Of a DNA stretch of 64,000 nt, positions 1 through 14,669 are shown in pieces. A model generated the notes under the pieces. It did no database searches. It was not told the DNA's origin and was given only the letters and a program-made list of their open reading frames with translations. Position 1 is the first letter of the stretch, and every line of letters starts with the position of its first letter. The translations under genes were made by a program, and so were the position numbers. The stretch is taken from contig OX597814.1 in NCBI GenBank assembly GCA_951406725.2, positions 22,568,001-22,632,000 on the forward strand, in the 5' to 3' direction. The stretch comes from Octopus vulgaris (Eukaryota).

Positions 1-1250
1 GAACGAGTGATAAAGCTAAGTTCTAACATATTTTTGAGATTTTTGAAACAGAAATTCTGAGGTCTAAGAGTTTGTGTTGAGAAAAATTATTTTAGCTATA
101 TAATATTAATAAGTAATGTAGTTGAGGCTACCTTTTGTGTGTATATCAATTATGTTTTTATGTTGGTAAAAGAAACCAAATCTCATTAGTGTATTGGGAT
201 GATAAGGTATGTTGTGGGGCGTTAGGTTACACACAAATGATACTTGTGTTCTGAAAATTAAGATAGGCTTAGGGTGATAATATTTGCATAGGAGTGTGTA
301 ATATAGTGTACACAGATTGGCCTTGAAGTACACAATCTGATAGATGGATTTGGAGAGTACATTGTTGGCATAAACTGAGATATATTTCTGTAGGCTGAAT
401 GTAGATACTATATGAAGACTTTGCTTCTCCGAGAATACTACTAACAGTAGCATCTTCATTGAGATGTGGTCAGCAGCAGATTCCTGAAATTTTGTTAGGT
501 AACGTAAGGAGCAAATTGTCTTGCAACAATTTACAACTAGAAAGCTGTATGATGCATTGAACTTATCTTTTGCGTTTTTGATGATTGTTTTGCTGGCGTC
601 TCAATTTTGAACGCACATTGTAATCTTTGACGGTGGTTTAGATGATTGCCTTCAGATGTTGGCACTTTTCATTACTCTTATTTATACATATATATATTGA
701 GTGGTTACCGACTTTGGTCAACTGAGGATTGAGAAGAGAATATTTAGGAGGATGGTTTTTATTGCCCACTTGGAGATTTAGATGGGTTACATATATACAA
801 TATTGCAAGTGTAGTCTGCATAAAACTTTTATTGTCCCGACAAGTTGGTTGACGTGTTGTACCAGACGATTTAAGATATAGATGATGTACAGTTGTTTGC
901 TTGATTAGGCAGTAATCAGAGATGGAGAGATAGAGAGAAAGAAAGAGAGAGAGAAAGAGAGAGAGAGGGGTGAGAGAGAGAAAGAGAGGAAGAAAGAGGT
1001 CAGCGGCTGAGCAAAGGCTGGAAATAGAAGTGGGATTGATATGGTGTCACATACGCCTGTTGGCCTCCCATGGATACGAATAAATGTGGTATTTAACTAG
1101 TGTAGGTCGTTCAGAGTAATCACTCTTTTTAGATACCTGGAACTGGATATCTCAGATAATAGGTTAAAAAATGCTGGTCGTGAAAGTGAAACTAAGAATT
1201 TCATAGATACAACAATTGTTAGTCGAACCACAAGCCATTAAACTAACCAA
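1..1250 (-). mobile_element. Possible degraded 5' portion of a Penelope-like element
   Basis: Minus strand near 1-95 reads NFSQHKLLDLRISV..LSFI, resembling the PLE N-terminal NLS..L..E..L.KGL.F motif. Possible decayed HHR at ~1088-1137 (-): ggtat/atacc stem, gagt-gatt-actc hairpin, mutated core. Confidence 0.3.
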
Positions 1251-1379
1251 TTTTAGAACAAAAGAAATATTAAATATTGGTGTTGTGATGAATGTGAGGA
1301 AGTCGGAGTATCGTTGTTATTCATGAGGAAATAGGGGGAGAGGTTTCCGTTGAAGAATAAAGGGAGATGCAGAGTCCGA

Positions 1380-1655
1380 AGAAATAGAATGAAAAGAAGT
1401 TGAGAAAGACGAAGAGAAGACGGAGACGACAACGACAAAGAAGAAGAAGAAGAAGAAGAAGAAGAAGAAAGAGAAGAAAACGAAGAAGTGGAAGAAGATG
1501 ATGAGGATGAGGAAGAAGAAGAAGAAGGAGAAGAAAAAGAGGAGAAAACGAAGTAGAAGAAGATCATGATGATGATGAAGAAGAAGAAGAAAAAGAGAAG
1601 AAAACGAAGAAGATGTGGAAGAAGATGATGATGATGAAGAAGAAGAAGAAGAAGA
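1380..1655. repeat. Compound (GAA)n/(GAT)n purine-rich microsatellite
   Basis: Directly visible; explains ORF 1253..1726. Confidence 0.9.
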
Positions 1656-2394
1656 GCTATCTGTTTTGTGGATATATTTTCAAATAACTCATATTTGAAA
1701 TAAATCTGCAAGCAAAGTGAATGCATTATATAGCAATCAGTTTTGTAAATAAATTTATAGATTCCGCAAAAGAATATGGTTTAGATGCAACGTGCACTCA
1801 TAAAGAAATGAAAATCCAGAAGACGAATAAAAGAAAATTGCGTTCTCATTTACATCTGTTCGTGTTTTCTTGCAACAAATGAGCGCTTCAGCAGCATAAC
1901 ACTGACAGCTTAAACATCTTATTTCATTGTATAATCTCATGGTTAAGACATACGCTATTCGACGTGCCTTACAAATAAGATTTCTTTTGCATTTCTATTC
2001 CAAATCAGTGTAAGAAAAACATGATAACTGACTTAAAGATCTTTGCAATTTTCACGGTGGACGATTGACATTTCAACTTGAAGAATGATTTTAGATGTTT
2101 TGCACGCAATTTTACAACAGCTGTATGAAGCAGAAACAAAAAAAATAATTTGACTATTAAAAGGAACACTTGGCAAAACACATGAAATGCTGTATGTTAG
2201 ATTTTTGTTGATAGTTTCCAAAAATATAAAACAAAATATGGTAAAGCATAAAGCCACATGATTATAATATAATTAAAAATTCCCTCCACAGTCGTTGTCT
2301 GTCAAGAATACATCCTTTGTGATACTATAAATCTTATCATAAATACACAAGTTTGCACGCATGCATACAATCAGACATACAGATATATTTAAAA

Positions 2395-2602
<208 letters not shown>

Positions 2603-2746
2603 TAATGTGTGTCTGTCTGTACGTGTAGCGGTTAAATGGAAACAGTGATCTTACGTTAATTTGTAATGCTGGGAATCTAACACATGTTCACCATATATAT
2701 ACGTATATATATATATATATATATGTGTGTGTATGTGTGTGTGTGT

Positions 2747-3045
2747 GGAAGCGCAATGACCCAGTGGTTAGGACAGAGGACTCGCGGTCGGAGGATCGCG
2801 GTTTCGATTCCCATACCAGACGTTGTGTGTGTTTATTGAGCGAAAACACCTAAAAGCTTCCCGAAGCTCCGGCAGGGGGTGGTGGTGTCCCCTGTTATAC
2901 TCTTTCGCCACAACTTTCTCTCACTCTCTCTTCTTGTTTCTTGAGTAACGCTGCGATGGACTGGCGTCCGTCCAGCTGGGGGGAACACATACGCCACAGA
3001 AACCGGGAAACCGGGCCCATGAGCTTGGCTAGGCTTGAAAAGGGT
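2747..3045 (+). mobile_element. tRNA-derived SINE with V-domain-like core
   Basis: A-box-like tgacccagtgg, B-box-like ggtttcgattccc, then ctgcgatggactggcgtccgtccag, typical of V-SINE cores. Confidence 0.7.
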
Positions 3046-3051
3046 GACAAA

Positions 3052-3099
<48 letters not shown>

Positions 3100-3103
<4 letters not shown>

Positions 3104-3700
3104 CGAAAACAAACGAGTTAAATATGCAAACGAGAGAAAAAAGGGGAAAAGGACAGGTAAACACAGAGAAACGACGCATCATCAGTTGTCGGCTGTCTAT
3201 CTACTCCTCATTTCGAGCATTCAACGACAAAATGAGTCTTGAAAGACAGTTATTTCCATAACTTTTAAAATAAAAATTTAGGATTTATGGACGGTCAAAG
3301 TCGGGAGCAAAAATAGGACAGTAGAGACATACAAGGAAACCGAACGAAAACAAACATGGAGGGTTGTTAGACCAGAACGAAAGGAATATAGTGAACACTG
3401 GGAGAAAAATTATCTTTTAAAAGAGAAAAGATAGAAGAGAAAGAAAAAGAAGCGAAAAAAAAGTTGTCCAGCCCTTTGAACGTCCGTGCAGGAAAAAAGA
3501 TGGTCACGTGAGGAAAAGAAAGACGGACGATGACCATATGTGAGCAACGAGAGAGACGAAAGAAAGAGGGAGAGAGTGTGACAGAGAGAAAACGATGAAA
3601 GAGGGAGGAGAAGGGAATTAGAGAAGGATGGAGGAAGAAAACAGTATAGAGTCGCATCAATAAGATGAAGATAAATTTACGTGGAAATGGATGTGTGGCG
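3100..3700 (-). mobile_element. Penelope-like element 3' terminal fragment
   Basis: Shares blocks (ccgtgcaggaaaa..gatggtcacgtg; aattagagaaggat..gaagataaa..ggaaatggatg) with 56170-56505, whose minus strand reads SPFGCNS, like the PLE endonuclease C-terminal P.GLN motif. Also carries a ccgacaaCTGATGA motif. Confidence 0.55.
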
Positions 3701-3759
3701 TTCAATTAAATGATTCAATTAAATGGCGTTCAATTAAATAATATATATATATATTATGC

Positions 3760-4431
3760 GCATATTCTTGGAATATTTTGTGCAACTCTGTCTCTTTCAT
3801 TTACTTTGCTTCTCCTACTTTTCTTTCTTTGTCTCTCTCTTTCTCTTTGTCTCTTTGTCTTTCTCTGTTACTCACCTCCCACTATCAAGTAACGCGTGAC
3901 CACCTAGGGTGGTGTCATTCTTTTTCGCGTTGCCTTCCACCGCACTGGACACGATTTTCTGAGCTCCTCACTGTACCACTCCCGTGTATATCGTCCTTTG
4001 GACAGTTTTTATATCTGCTTCGCCTTACCCAGTTTTGTCTCGTCATGCAGTTCCAAGGCTTTTTGTTTGTTGTATATGTATCATCATTATTAATTATTAT
4101 CTTCGTGTGGCTCTAAGTCTTTGTACTGTTTATTATTTTGTCCCTCGTCCGTCCACAAACGGTCGCGTCTCGAGCCCATCTCGTTTTGTTATGCCTTAGC
4201 CCCATTTCCGGCAATTTCTTTTGTCGGTGCCTCCAGAGTGGAAGTAATATTATCGATAATGGCTGAAATTGCGTTTGACCCTCTGGCCGATAACTGATGA
4301 AGAAATGGTGACCGGTTTATATTAGTTCAAATTCTGTCTTTGCTTTCTGGTTGATTATATGTTGATAGGACATGGATTACTAACGCTGTAGGATGCTATA
4401 CTTCCTTTACACCTGTTATTCGCTTTTTCTT
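3760..4431 (+). mobile_element. Penelope-like element 3' terminal fragment, divergent to the preceding one
   Basis: Starts with CNSVSFIY (compare GCNSLLY), then a pyrimidine-rich 3' region and a decayed HHR-like stretch ccagag...GAAA...ctctgg followed by ccgataaCTGATGA at ~4233-4300. Confidence 0.45.
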
Positions 4432-4443
4432 AAGTGAAAGTTG

Positions 4444-4764
4444 GTGAGGGCGCGTGGCTTAGTGGTTAGGGCATTCGGCTCATGATCGTAAGTTCGATTC
4501 CCGGCGACGCGTTGTGTCCTTGAGCAAGACACTTTATTTCACGTTGCTCCAGTCCACTCAGCTGGCAAAAATGAGTTGTACTTGTATTTCAAAGGGTCAG
4601 CCTTGTCACTCTCTGTGTCACGCTGATTATCCCCGAGAACTACGTTAAGGGTACACGTGTCTGTGGAATGCTCAGCCATTTGCACGTTAATTTCACGAGC
4701 AAGCTGTTCCGTTGATCGTATCAGCTGGGACCCTCGTCGTCGTAACCGGCGGAGTCTTTTTTAG
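4444..4764 (+). mobile_element. tRNA-derived SINE with 12-bp TSD
   Basis: A box tggcttagtgg, B box gttcgattcc, core gttgtgtccttgagcaagacact; TSD aagtgaaagttg at 4432-4443 and 4765-4776. Confidence 0.85.
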
Positions 4765-5415
4765 AAGTGAAAGTTGAACCACGAAGTACGAGTTGGCAAA
4801 AAACAAATCGCAACGTGAAAGTGCTGTTGCTACTATGAGAAAAGAACTACAACTTGTAACGAGTTAGTTGACCTATACATTGAAAGTGAAATGCAGTAAA
4901 CGAATGATAGAAACAGTATTAGTGATATTTCATAAACTGAAGTAAGTTTAAATGTTTGTACTTATGGTTTTAAATTGAAAATAGAGCCACTTTAACAGAA
5001 GTAATTAGAGGTGTCTCCATATTTTAAACACTATAGAAGAAACAAAGGGATATTTTTAAACATTCAAGTACTCTTACTTAAAACATACTCTAAGTTTAAT
5101 GTATTAGGTACAGGATTGCACAGGAACAGAATTGGAGAACAAAGGATTTTCAATGAGTCATTCAATATTCGAAAAAAGCAGCTAAATCTCCGTCGGATTT
5201 AACTTACCATATATCTGCTCGTTCATATCTGCCTGTACAAGAACATCAACTGATACAAAAGGTCCATATAATCTGGGCCTCAATACATAATACAAATAGA
5301 CTAATGTTTTGGAACCAGAAAACAAAAATATACAGTTTCATTAATAAAATATTTAAAACAAGGGATTTGTGATCGTAATTCTCAGACCTGTAAATTTATC
5401 AGTACAGAAAATACG

Positions 5416-5608
5416 TTAAGTCTTTTGATACCAATCTGCCTGGGACCGGTTCTGGTACTATAATACAAAATTCCTTCCTTTTGTATAGTGATCTAAGCAA
5501 AATCTTCCATCAAAATTTACCAGCTTAATACTCTCAATATTTTCCTTCGAAATTAATTGAAACGAAGGCAGTGTATTTCATCAGGAATACGGTAATAAAA
5601 GGATGAAG
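5416..5608. mobile_element. Possible old TTAA-type MITE
   Basis: ttaa-gtcttttgatacc ... ggtaataaaagga form imperfect terminal inverted repeats. Confidence 0.3.
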
Positions 5609-8600
5609 GGATAAAACATCAAGTGCACAAATGAATACTGAAAAAGAAAACAATGAGGAAGAAATGCGTGTCTAGTTAACATTAAATATTGCGCTAATTC
5701 CCCTAAACTGTTTTGGTAATACGTTATTGGAAAGAGTGAAAATCTCTTCCGTTTCATGGATTCTGATTACCTCCACACACAATAAATACAGATTTGTGAA
5801 AATGTTCATTTGAAAACATACGTACTCGCTCACACAAAACACACACACGCACACAAAAATATAGAGATGTATAAACGGAGCGCAGAGGTGCAGAAGTAGA
5901 AATTTTAAGCTTTCATTTAAATTTCTCAGTACTGTTATAGTATCTACAGCGGTTACGTACTTGGCAAATACTGCTAGTACTAACCAACACTTGCTCGTGA
6001 AAATAAGTTGCATGAAGCTACATTATTGATGTTGAGGTATACACAAACTTCTCATTAATTAAATTTCTATTGCAGTCAATATACGGATTTATTCTTACCG
6101 ATCTTTGTGAATCTAATGAATGAAATGTGTCTGCAGGAATTCTCGTTGAGTGCAGTCCACTGATGAAGGATTTTCCATTCTTTCAATCTCCTTATCTACT
6201 TTCATTTGAACTTCTACATTAAATTTAAAGAGCTGGAGTGAAGATGAAGAAACCGACAAAATTTTAGCTTCTTGCATATTGTAAGAAGCATATTATTAGT
6301 AATGAATAAATTTTATTGTGAACAAAATTCATTTTATTTCGCAGATGCCGCTCTTGATATTGCTGCCGCACAACGCACCTAACGGAACACGTACACAGCG
6401 ATGGCACATCTTAATAAACACGATAACAAAGTTCATTTGCTTGAGACACTGAAAATCTTTGAACAATGCCATTATATACACACACATCGATACATTCAGT
6501 TCTAATATATTCGAATGAGGAAAATATCGGCCTGCTGAGGATGTCTTTACTGAATGTGTTCATCGCCATACAACAGATAATTAGTCACGATTTAATGGCA
6601 TGGTTAACTGAAACTATTAAGACACCTGCTGTTGGAGTAACCTCTCTGAACATAAAGTATATGAACCAGAACTGGAAGCCACTTGAAAGATATTTTTCTT
6701 CATTAATTATTCAAAGTGATAAAGAAGGTAGGTGATGAAGATCTTCGCCATTTGCTACATAATTGTAATTTGGGATAATGCTCTGAAACTGTGTTGAAGT
6801 TAGCTTCTTCTCAGAATAAATTATATTACATTACTAATAATTTGGGTTAAATGACTGTGGACATGGTGAGTGGATATCTAATGGGATGGTTTCATAATGG
6901 GCTCATATAATTTCGAGTTTAGTTTAAGCATAATGTGAAAAAAGCTTACAATTATAAGGTACATTTCCACTGTCACTCTCAGGTTGTAGAAGATATATAT
7001 ATTTGAATATGCCAGGATATTGCACCACCCTGCCTACCATTCTTTACACACATTTGACGTTGGATACTAAAACAAATTGTATCTAAATACCGTTTGAAAT
7101 TTTAAAGTAAATGTTGATTAATTGTCTTTTAATGTCAGAAGTATATTTGGTAGTTGTTGGTAAAGTGTTCTCATTATAATCCCAGGATAGAACCTGAGAC
7201 GAATAATACCTTACGAATATGAACTGAACAGCTGAAACACGAAACTTAACACTTCCAGTATCCTTACATTTTTCATTCAAATCCCAAGCTACCATATTCT
7301 GACTATTTGGCATTCATATCATGCTTATAAAGTGACAAATATGTATGTATTTTACAAGATATCTAATACAAAACAAGAGGTTGGGACTTAACATTTTTGT
7401 GAAGGTAATGTGTGTGCAAACGTTACAAAAGGAAATTTTCATTTTCTATCAAACAGATAAATACAAGAAATATATATGATTGGTACATTGGGATAAACAA
7501 TCGGTTTTATCAAAGGAAGCAAATCCTTCGGAAAATACGCATGAGCAACATGAGGTCTCTCTCCAGCCTTGTAAGCGTTATTAATTGCAGTACTTTTTTA
7601 TCAGAATGTGATGTAAGTTATTCTAATGATTAAGCAAAATAAAATACATTTATTTTCATTCGAAGTAATAGTCAATAATGCATTTGATACTCTGCAATGA
7701 TATTCTTTTAAAATTTAACAATAACGAAATAAATGTAAAATATCTATTTCAATAAAGGAATGGCAAAGAAATAACTATGTAATGTGTAAACAAAATAAAG
7801 CTTAACTTTGTTATGTACGATGTACAGAAAACAATAATTGCAGTACAAATAAATAATGTTGAGAATTTAAATTCTAACTTAATAATTTAAAATTCATATT
7901 ATATCACTTGTAAATCTTTATATATGTCCTTTTGGTATTTGTGAAGAAGAGATATTAAATGCTTGTTGTTATTCTTTTTTTTTTTTAGAATACTTTCTAA
8001 GCTTGGCTTAGAGAATATCTCTGACTGTTTCGTGATATAGATGTATAATAGGTTTGAAGCATACATTACTAATCTTGATCACATAGAATTAAGGAATGTT
8101 TTGACAGCTAAGATGCAATATTACATTATATTGTTTCTCACTGACACTTGCTTATATTTATCGTGTTTGTCATGTCTGTCATTCTGACTTTACTTCAAAT
8201 TTCCGTTGCTCTAATTCCATCAATAACGATCAGCCATATTTTGTTTTGATTTTTAATGATCATGCTTCTGCTTTACCATTCTTGTCTTAATCTAAAACAT
8301 AACAACATAGTTTAGAAATATTTATTGAAGATATTATATTGCACTGTTTGCTTGTTATCGAAAAAATAAGCAGTTCATATTTTTTAGAGTTTTGACATTT
8401 AAAGAATTACAAAATCATAAGCAACACTGTTTAGTTTACATTTCATAATAAAGATATAATATTACGTTTTCGCAAAATATATAATATAACAATAATTCTA
8501 TCTTTACTTCAGATTTTTAATTGTATAACAATATGATTTGTTAATTCATTTCTGAATCGCAATAATAGATTATCTTTTATTTGTGAATAGTTAACGGACA

Positions 8601-10570
8601 TGAATACACTTTCTGCTGAATACGACCATGTACTTCTACAACAGCTTTTATAACAGAAAATATTACTCTCGACTTTACAAACAAGTAATCACCAACTAAT
8701 CTAAAATATCACTAACACAATCGATGGTGTTTATAAAAATAATGCAATCCTAATATCTGTCTTCTAAACACTTCATCTAAGTATGTTCTTATTTAGCCCT
8801 GTGACAACTTATTAGAATCATGTTATAATAGCAAATACTTCTCAGATTTTAAACGAGTGTTCAATGGCTTGTGTGCTCTCTACATCTCATGATTATGGTA
8901 TATAAAAGTCATTCATCTAAAATGTACCGACACTGACTTGCTTAAATTACTCTTGAAGTGGTTTTTTGCGGGAAATAACGCTTCACGAAGTACATTACAT
9001 ACCACTATACAGAATACCATGTAAATAATGGGTTGAAAACCCCTTTACGATAAAAATAATTTATTATTTTAGATTCTCTGGAAAGTTAACAAAATTCTTA
9101 TGACTTTTGAAAAGATTTTATTGAATTTAAGTTAAATAATTTTCTTTATAGTAACTATGTAATACTCAAAATGTATTGAAATGTACTACTGACATATAGA
9201 GTAACGAAGATAACGCTCGACGCAATTCATTCTAAATAGAATAAAATAAAGTACAAAATATTCTCTTAATTTCTAACATCTTGAAAATAAGAAGCTGATA
9301 AGCCTTGAAGAGTTGAAATAATATTGTGAAAATCATTCGAGTATAGATATTGATCGAAACATTTTAAAACTTCCCTTGACGTTTTTTTGATATGTTGTTA
9401 AATAATGTACAAATGCAAGCAAATCCCATGCCATCATGGCATGGGCAAATACATGTTTCATGTTATGCTATAATCCATAATCATACGAAAATCGACACAA
9501 AACTGCAAATTACTGTAATAATAAATTACAGTGTACATTTATGATGCAAAGACTTAGAATTGAACAGCATCTTAATTTATACCTAATTTTATAATTTGAT
9601 GGAGGTGCATATATTCCTTAAACACTTCATTATTCAGAAGATAAGTATTATCCAGTGATGTATACTAAAAAGTAATGCTACAGGTCCATAAATTGAGACC
9701 AATATTATTTCTGGTATTAAAAGACTGTTTCATATTACGTCTCTTTATATATTACGTTTTTCAATAGTATCTATAGCATATAGTACTAGTGAAACTGTAT
9801 TTAGATAGCCTCATAAAAGGAATAGCTACTGCATTTGATTCTTTATTTCAATTTCCTTTGTTATATTTGGTAAGCACTATTAAATTATCTTTATATGCAT
9901 AAAATGTGTACTGAAAAGCAAAATTATTCTTGTTTAGATATTAAATTAAAGGGAAAAAACCGTGTTTAAAACTTGGAATGATCAAAAATATTAAATACGA
10001 TTATAAAATTAAATACATTTCATTGTTTAAACTCACAATATTTCTCAAAGTGATCTGAGAATTATTGAAAATATTATTTGATAATAGAATTATATAACAT
10101 GATTTAAGCAAGTCACACCCTATACTAATTCACTTAAATAGACATATATTTCGGAAGTTAAATTTTAAAAGCTGAAATCTAAAACCTTAAAACAACTTTT
10201 GTTTGTATAGCTATATGAGCAATACTTCGAATTGTTAACAAGAACGTGTCAGGGGCAATATAACACGAGTTAACTATACGGTGAATCGAAATTTATGCTA
10301 TGTATAGCTGTTCGGAAAACGTAAACCTACTTCAATTACATTAGGAATGCAAATAGAAAAATACTAAAGCATTTCTATTATTCCATTTTCTGCTGGCTTT
10401 AATACAAAACATTTGTGCTTTGCTAAACGAAAACCTTTGTATAAATAGCCAATAATAAGTAATAATTTACTCAACGGCTGTTTCCATTATTACAGTGAAC
10501 TTGCAGAAATATAAACCATGTTCAGTCGACGCAGTTACGATGTAAAGATCGCAGTTTATTCATGTTATAA

Positions 10571-11756
10571 TACGATGGTGGGCTCGTATGAAGCAGTGGT
10601 ACTAGAGCTGTGAAATTTTGTATGAATTAATTTCAGTTCATCTTAATAATAACTGCTTTGTTTCTTTCCAGGTAAAATGACATCTGACTGTCAAAAGTAA
10701 CTAGTAGCGTCTTTCCTTGAAAATTGTCAAAATTTGGCATCGTATGTTATGAAGTACCTGAAAAAAACATTGATACTGACGTTGTTACGAAATTAGGGGA
10801 TGATGATCCAGCTTTGTCAACAGTGCAAAGGTAGGCAGCTAAATTTAGAAAGTGAAGGGAGAATCTTGAGATTGATCCAACTGCTACCACTGAGGAAACA
10901 TCGATCGAACTTACCACATGGTGATGGATGACAGACGATTGATGAGTCACATACTCAATGTTATTAGTATATCCTGTGAAAGAGTTGAGAATATTCTGCG
11001 CAAAGAGCTTGACAAAACGAAGGTTTCTGCTCGGTGGCTGCCACATCTTCTAATACAAAGCACACTAGGCTGATCACGGGAAAAGCTGGCATTGTTTGCA
11101 GCAGATTCCGCTGGTTTCCTTGAACTTTTTCTAAGCTAGGATTAGAAGATGAGTGTTGGATTCCAACACCTTGAGCCAAAAACAAAGAGACAATCCATGC
11201 TGTGGAAATACGCCTCTGCTTCAAATAAAGCGAAGGTCCTTTCGACTGCAGGGAAGGTGATAGCTTCAGTTTTTTGAGATGCAAAAACCATTGTCTTTAT
11301 TGACTATTCTCAAAAAAGGGTCATACCATCAATGGAAAGAACTATGCCATATTGCTGAACCAGTTACGAAAGCCTATCAAGAAAAAATGTATCAGGAAAA
11401 TGCTCCAACATACAAGTCCTTGACTTTGATGGATGTTGTGCGTGACTGTGGCTTTGAACTGGGGGATCATTCTCCCTATTTTCCTGATATGCCTCATCTG
11501 ACTATCATCTGTTCTCGAACATGAAAAAACACTTGACTGGGAATCAGTAGCGCAGTGATGATGACGTCATATCTGCTATTGATAACTTTTTTGACAAACA
11601 AAAAGACAGCTTCTTCACCCATGGGATGCAACAACGGCAATACCGATGGGAAAAGCGTGGGCGTCAAGGGGGACAATGTTGAAGTATAAACCTCATTTGG
11701 TTACATTCTATAAGAGTATCTTGGTCAGCCTATGAACTTTTCAGCCGACTCTTGTA
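10571..11756 (+). mobile_element. Degraded mariner transposon (transposase pseudogene)
   Basis: Frameshifted peptides KVSARWLPHLL, AGKVIASVF*DAK, TINGKNYA, ELGDHSPYFPD, SDYHLF, MKKHL..SDDDV match mariner motifs; TA at both approximate ends. Confidence 0.9.
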
Positions 11757-14476
11757 TACTTGAGAAAGGCATGAACGTCAACAATTATAACAACTCCGTA
11801 TCAAAACCTCACAAAAATTCGCACCAAAATCTGAAGCTAATTTACAAAGAACAGCTATAAAGAACTGTAGCTACACAGTACTTGAATGTATTATAAAAAC
11901 TTCGTTACATTTCTAGAATATAACAGCACTAAATAATAGAGTGGGAGCTTCAACTATATTGATATCAGAATATTTGGATGGTGATCTATCATGTGCAAAG
12001 CAATTAAACTTATATTCATTTATCTGTGTTACACCCCAAACTATATTATTCAGTTTTATAGCTACGGCTATATAATAGCGTTTAATACAGCAGCAGTAAC
12101 TGCTCCTGTAATTAGAAATCTTACTAGTAGTATATCGATAAAAGAAAACCATTAACAAAAGTAGCTAGAAGCACATCAGCAGTACTATTAACAACAACAT
12201 AAAAAGATAAACTGAATAAAATCAACAAAAGCAAATTCTAGTAAAATAATTAATGACTCTTTTAAGCTGAAACACTTTTCGTGATTTCTCTGCTATTGTT
12301 ATATTGTCAGTTAAAAAAAATAATGTGGTGTTCAATTAAAATCCATTAACGTTTCCTTCTTCGTGGTAACAGGGGCAGCAAACTTTCTAACGCCCCTAGC
12401 AACTTCATATGTTATTCCGTTTTGTTTGTATTGTTTAAATTCCCTTGAAATGAATACTACCTGATGTTCTGAAAAATCAATGCTATTAAATCAACTGTAC
12501 AAGAACAACAGTCTTGTTTGATATAATTATTTCAAACTGTGCCCTACTAGTGTGCACTTCTTAATATAAAATACATAGGGTTGACATTGTAGATTTCTCC
12601 ATCTTTCTACTATATTTTACCAAGTTTTATCGTGACTGTATAAAGTTGAATTGTTGGGACATTTGTATACTGAGTATTGAATTATTTTGGTTCAATTTCC
12701 TTCTATGAATATATAGGAACACACACATACACACATTTATTTACACTGCGAAGACATAAACTTGAAAACCTTAAATAAAATATATTTGCTCTGCAAGACC
12801 TAATTATTTTATTTAAAAAGAGCCTTTCCCGCATATTATAAAATATTTAACCCTACAATTTGTATAAGAAATTTTAATAAATTAAATATAAATAAAATTA
12901 GATAATTTCTTCTACTACGTTAAATGTTTCACGTAGCCAAGATCAGTCTTTAGTTCCAAATTAATTTTGTGGTTATTCTACATCTACTGAGGAACCGAAA
13001 CAGCTGTAGCTATGATAGTTCTTTCAAATGTCAATTAGTTTATTCTTTCTATTGCCTAAATATTCATGACCGATTCGAAACATGTAACTCAGTCTAGTAG
13101 CAGAAGAAAATATATTGTTCAGCTAAACATGTCTTGCGAAAGGTTTCTATTTTTTCAAGCATTCATAGTTTTTATATGAATATTTCAGTTACAGCGCATC
13201 GAACCGTTCTACTCTTACTACATTTGTGCAGAGGTAGTATTACATTTGTAACACGTTTGTGTTTAGCAGAATGCTTAACTATAGAATACTAGATGAAACC
13301 TAATCGTGTAGATGAAATATTGTAACTTTAGAACCAGAAATATATAAAAGAAAACTACTATCCACAAGAGACCAGCTTCACGTTTCATTAATCATTTCAA
13401 CCCAAAAGAGCCTTGACAGTTTAAGAGTTCAGACCATCTGATGCTACTGAATAATGTTAGGGTTTCGGAATTCAGAATATGGTATTCAAACTTTACTTGA
13501 TTATCTCTCTAAAATTGATTTATCAGAAGGGTTTCAAAAGAAATCAAATTAGTTACGTGATGCTGATCTTTAAGTGAAGAAAATATATTACTATCCAACT
13601 CTGCATATCAGTGTGATTTATGTACATCTTCCACGCTTATATAGATATTGAGGTTTGCCATGATACAAGGCAACGAGATTATTTCGATGAGTAACATATA
13701 TCGAGCCTACGCACGAGATACGAATAAATATAGTTATATGTATGAAGAACCTGTTTCAGAAAGAATCAACCCCTCCAACAACTATATTATGTTTCCAATA
13801 ACATGTTCACTCGGTAAAGATTATGTTTGCAAAATATGTTATAATAGGAATGTGATGCATCTATAAATAGATACACAATGAAAATGAAGAAAAGTTTACT
13901 AATGGAATAATATACATTAAAACAAAGTCAGAATTTGATTTCAAATACTTAAATCTTATAAAGTATCAAGACTGGAATTTTGTCAAGGGGGTCTCAGCTT
14001 ATCCTTCAGCTTCTTAGAAATTCAAACCCGTCAGTCTACATTTTCTAAATTCAAAACTTATCGTCTTAGTAAAAGTAAAGTTGAAAATGTTGCTCTGAGT
14101 GCACTGTGCAAGCAACAGAAGAAAGAGAAAAACTAGGTGGCCATAGCTACAACGCCCGAGGTCAGCACAGACCTGAAGAACAACAGTAGTAACAACAAGC
14201 AGAAATTCATAGGGAGAAGTAGAGTCTATTGAACTCAAATGCTTGCTATTTACCTTGTCAACTGCAGGGAAATATGACGCACGTATAAACGTAAGAAAAC
14301 GAAATCAGACATTCAAAGAATGTGTTTGACGGTTGAGTAGACAATAGAGATTAGATGTCAATTTTTTCTTGTGGGTCACATATGACTTCCTGAAGATGAT
14401 CATTACCATGAATTTCACTTAGAATTACTTGTTAGTATATATCTGTAACTGTAATTTCACTATATTCGTCGTATCT

Positions 14477-14669
14477 GAAGTCGGCAAGCTGGCAGAAACG
14501 TTAGCGTTCTGAGTTCAAATTCCGCCGAGGTCGACTTTGCTTTTCATCCTTTCGGGGTCGATAAATTAAGTACCAGTTACGCACTGGGGTCGATGTAATC
14601 GACTTAATCTCTTTGTCTGTCCTTGTTTGTCCCCTGTATGTTTAGCCCCTTGTGGGTAGTAAAGAAATA
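14477..14669 (+). mobile_element. tRNA-derived SINE (Meta/MESC-like core), internally deleted, 16-bp TSD
   Basis: Core gtcgactttgcttttcatcctttcggggtcgataaattaagtaccag; TSD tatattcgtcgtatct at 14461-14476 and 14670-14685; near-identical to 34893-35120. Confidence 0.9.

Noticed and set aside
1755-2257. Cys-containing short ORFs and an acceptor-like site on the minus strand
   Set aside because: No recognisable domain and no consistent exon structure.
4444-4505. tRNA genes at SINE heads (also 2747, 32830, 34893)
   Set aside because: No complete cloverleaf; they continue into SINE cores and several have TSDs.
6160-6200. CTGATGA followed by agga..tcct
   Set aside because: No GAAA, stem III or stem I follows, so not called a hammerhead.
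14060-14275. Minus-strand splice-like signals, including a possible 8-nt microexon
   Set aside because: Frames joined to the 43.3-kb candidate exon hit stops quickly; unsupported without transcripts.
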